From positions 2,293 through 66,292 of the forward strand of contig BDTW01000021.1 of NCBI GenBank assembly GCA_002897735.1: a DNA stretch of 64,000 nucleotides. Direction: 5' to 3'. Below are positions 61,820 to 64,000 of this stretch, piece by piece; position 1 is the stretch's first letter, and each line of letters starts with the position of its first letter. Below the pieces are notes generated by a model. That model did no database searches, was not told the origin of the DNA, and worked only from the letters and a program-made list of their open reading frames with translations. The translations under genes and the position numbers were made by a program. This DNA comes from a bacterium BMS3Bbin13 (GTDB lineage Bacteria; Pseudomonadota; Gammaproteobacteria; 21-64-14).

Positions 61820-61948
61820 CCGGTGCCGAACGCCGAACGCCCGACAGAACGGATCCCCGAAGCGGCCGCCCCCTGCGGGCCACGGGTGTCCTCCCGCGGA
61901 CTGAAACGCCCGTGGCCCGACGCCCGGCGCATGCGGTAAGCTTCCCGC

Positions 61949-62773
61949 ATGCGCTTCACCAAGATGCAGGGGCTCGGCAACGACTTCGTGGTGGTGGACG
62001 GCCTCACGGCGCCGCTCGAACTGAGCGCCGCGCAAGTACGCCGCATCGCCGACCGGCGTCTCGGCGTGGGCTGCGATCAGCTCCTGGTGATCGGCGCACC
62101 CGTCGATGCGGCGGCGGATTTCCGCTACGAGATCTACAATGCCGACGGCAGCCGCGCCGAGCAGTGCGGAAACGGCGTGCGTTGCATCGTCCGGTACCTC
62201 GCGCAACGCGGACTCACCGATCGGTCCGGACTGGTGCTGGAGGGCGACGCCGGACGGGTGCGCGCACGCATCGAGGACGACGGCGCGATCACGGTGGACA
62301 TGGGCGTCCCGCGCCTGGAGCCCCGCGAGATCCCGTTTACCGCCGAGGCGCGGGCGGTGACCTACCCGCTGGCGGCGGGCGGGCGGGAGGTGGCGATCAG
62401 CGCGGTGTCCATGGGGAACCCGCACGCGGTGCTGATCGTGGACGACATCGAGCGGGCCCCGGTCGCGGAACTCGGACCGGCCCTCGAGGCACACCCGCGG
62501 TTTCCGCGGCGCACGAACGTGGGTTTCCTGCAGGTCGTGGAGCCGGCGTACGCCCGCCTGAGGGTCTACGAGCGCGGTGCGGGGGAAACGCCGGCCTGCG
62601 GCAGCGGGGCCTGCGCCGCGGTGGTCGCCGGGCGCCTGCGCGGCCTGCTCGGCGAGCGGGTCACCGTGCGCCTGCCGGGAGGAGAACTTGTGATACTCTG
62701 GGGCGGAGAAGGCACGCCGGTATGGATGACGGGTCCGGCGGTCTCGGTATTCGAGGGGCAGATCGAGCCATGA
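61949..62773 (+). CDS. dapF: Diaminopimelate epimerase
   Basis: FTKMQGLGNDF, EQCGNG, MGNPH, ERGAGETPACGSG. Confidence 0.97.
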   Translation: MRFTKMQGLGNDFVVVDGLTAPLELSAAQVRRIADRRLGVGCDQLLVIGAPVDAAADFRYEIYNADGSRAEQCGNGVRCIVRYLAQRGLTDRSGLVLEGDAGRVRARIEDDGAITVDMGVPRLEPREIPFTAEARAVTYPLAAGGREVAISAVSMGNPHAVLIVDDIERAPVAELGPALEAHPRFPRRTNVGFLQVVEPAYARLRVYERGAGETPACGSGACAAVVAGRLRGLLGERVTVRLPGGELVILWGGEGTPVWMTGPAVSVFEGQIEP

Positions 62774-63471
62774 GTCCCCAGCGCCAGGCGGGTGTCGACG
62801 AGGAACCGCTCACCGAGGCGGCGGTCGCCGAGTATCTGCACGGACATCCCGATTTCTTCGAGAAGCATGTCCCGCTGCTGGCCACCCTGCGCGTACCGCA
62901 CCCCGCCGGTGGGGCGGTCTCGTTGATCGAACGCCAAGTCAGCGCCCTGCGCCAGCAGAATCAGCAGTTGCGGCGCAAGCTGATGGACATGGTTCAGGCG
63001 GCCCGCGACAACGAGGAACTCACGGGTCGCATGCAGCAGCTCGGCGTGGCGCTCGCCGACGCGAGCGACCTGCAGGATCTGCTGGAGACCCTCGACCGGG
63101 TGCTGCGCAAGGACTTTCGCGCCGACGCGGTGGCCCTGTGCCTGATCGACGCCCCGGCGACGGCGTCGGCGCCGGCGCATGTGCGGTTCCTCGACGCCGC
63201 CGATGCCGGTCTCGCGCACTTCGAGAAGATCCTGACCGCCAAGCGTCCGGTGTGCGGGCGCCTCAAGGACCGGCAACTCCGGTTCCTGTTCGGAGACGAC
63301 GCCGGCGCCATCACCTCCGGCGCCCTGATCCCCCTGGTCGCTACCCGCAACCTCGGCGTGCTCGCGATCGGCAGTCGCGATCCGCATCGTTTCCATCCGG
63401 CGATGGGCACGGTGTTCCTGCGCCACATGGGCGAGCTGGTCAGTCATACCCTGCGCCCCCACCTGAGCTGA
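62770..63471 (+). CDS. DUF484/YigA family protein
   Basis: YLHGHPDFF, AVSLIERQ, LAIGS...FHPAMGTVFL; dapF-yigA-xerC synteny. Confidence 0.92.
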   Translation: MSPQRQAGVDEEPLTEAAVAEYLHGHPDFFEKHVPLLATLRVPHPAGGAVSLIERQVSALRQQNQQLRRKLMDMVQAARDNEELTGRMQQLGVALADASDLQDLLETLDRVLRKDFRADAVALCLIDAPATASAPAHVRFLDAADAGLAHFEKILTAKRPVCGRLKDRQLRFLFGDDAGAITSGALIPLVATRNLGVLAIGSRDPHRFHPAMGTVFLRHMGELVSHTLRPHLS

Positions 63472-63475
63472 GCCC

Positions 63476-64000
63476 GTGGAGGCCGACGCCGCACTCCGGC
63501 GCTTCCTGGAACACTTGGCGAACGAGCGGCGCTACTCGCCCCACACCCTCAACGCCTACCGGCGCGACCTCGCCTCACTGCGCGGCTATTGCCGACGCAA
63601 CCGGATCCGCGACTGGTCGCGCCTGAGCAGCGCACACGTGCGCGCCTTCGCCGCCGAGCGCCACCGCGGCGGACTCTCGGGGCGCAGCGTTCAGCGGATC
63701 CTCTCGTCGGTACGCTCGTTCTACCGCTACCTGCTGCGCGAGGGGACGGTCGAGGCCAACCCCGCGATCGCCGTTCCGGCACCGAAGGTCCCGCGCCGGC
63801 TGCCGCAGACGCTGGACGCCGACCAGCTCGCGCGATTGCTGGAGATCCCACCGAGCGATCCGTTGGCGATCCGCGATCGCGCCCTGATGGAACTGCTCTA
63901 CTCCTCGGGGCTGCGCCTGGCGGAACTCGTCGCCCTGGACCGCGGCGACATCGATCTGGACGACGCCACGGTCCGGGTCACCGGCAAGGGCGCCAAGACG
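63476..64000 (+). CDS. xerC: Tyrosine recombinase XerC (3' end outside window)
   Basis: Manual translation FLEHLANERRYSPHTLNAYRRDL...RDRALMELLYSSGLRLAEL...VRVTGKGAK. Confidence 0.93.
   Translation, partial: MEADAALRRFLEHLANERRYSPHTLNAYRRDLASLRGYCRRNRIRDWSRLSSAHVRAFAAERHRGGLSGRSVQRILSSVRSFYRYLLREGTVEANPAIAVPAPKVPRRLPQTLDADQLARLLEIPPSDPLAIRDRALMELLYSSGLRLAELVALDRGDIDLDDATVRVTGKGAKT

Noticed and set aside
63476-64000. Tyrosine recombinase as the integrase of the lysA-dapF insertion
   Set aside because: Sequence and dapF-DUF484 context identify housekeeping XerC; no att-like repeats flank the module.

Overview
High-GC gammaproteobacterial chromosome segment. It is mostly housekeeping genes in familiar synteny: rplM-rpsI-tRNA-Gln, speD-osmC-crp-trpC, trkH-trkA-rsmB-fmt-def / LysM-dprA-smg-topA, hemB-aroE, gorA-prlC-xth-ubiD, hemYXDC-algRZ-argH-cyaA and lptM-lysA...dapF-DUF484-xerC. 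The best candidate for an undescribed system is a four-gene divergent module (58175-61819) inserted between lysA and dapF. Leftward it encodes an outer-membrane beta-barrel and a secreted protein with 21 tandem pentapeptides. Rightward it encodes a DUF6502-like HTH protein and a DUF5666-like exported protein whose tail carries the same pentapeptide. The intergenic region has overlapping divergent sigma70 promoters, two GTGGGAA-N3-TTCCCAC palindromes (one filling the 17-bp spacer of a TTGACA/TAACAT promoter exactly) and a CRP-like box in class I position. Other accessory signals are a RAYT transposase with a 7 x 104-bp REP array, a second dispersed REP family, a MITE at stop codons, two anti-SD sRNA candidates, a sigma54/PEP-CTERM-like gene upstream of a GGDEF-EAL gene, a Sat-CysC fusion with a degenerate sulfurylase site, and a 72-bp in-frame insertion in aroE. 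All family names come from motif recognition by eye; no database search was run.
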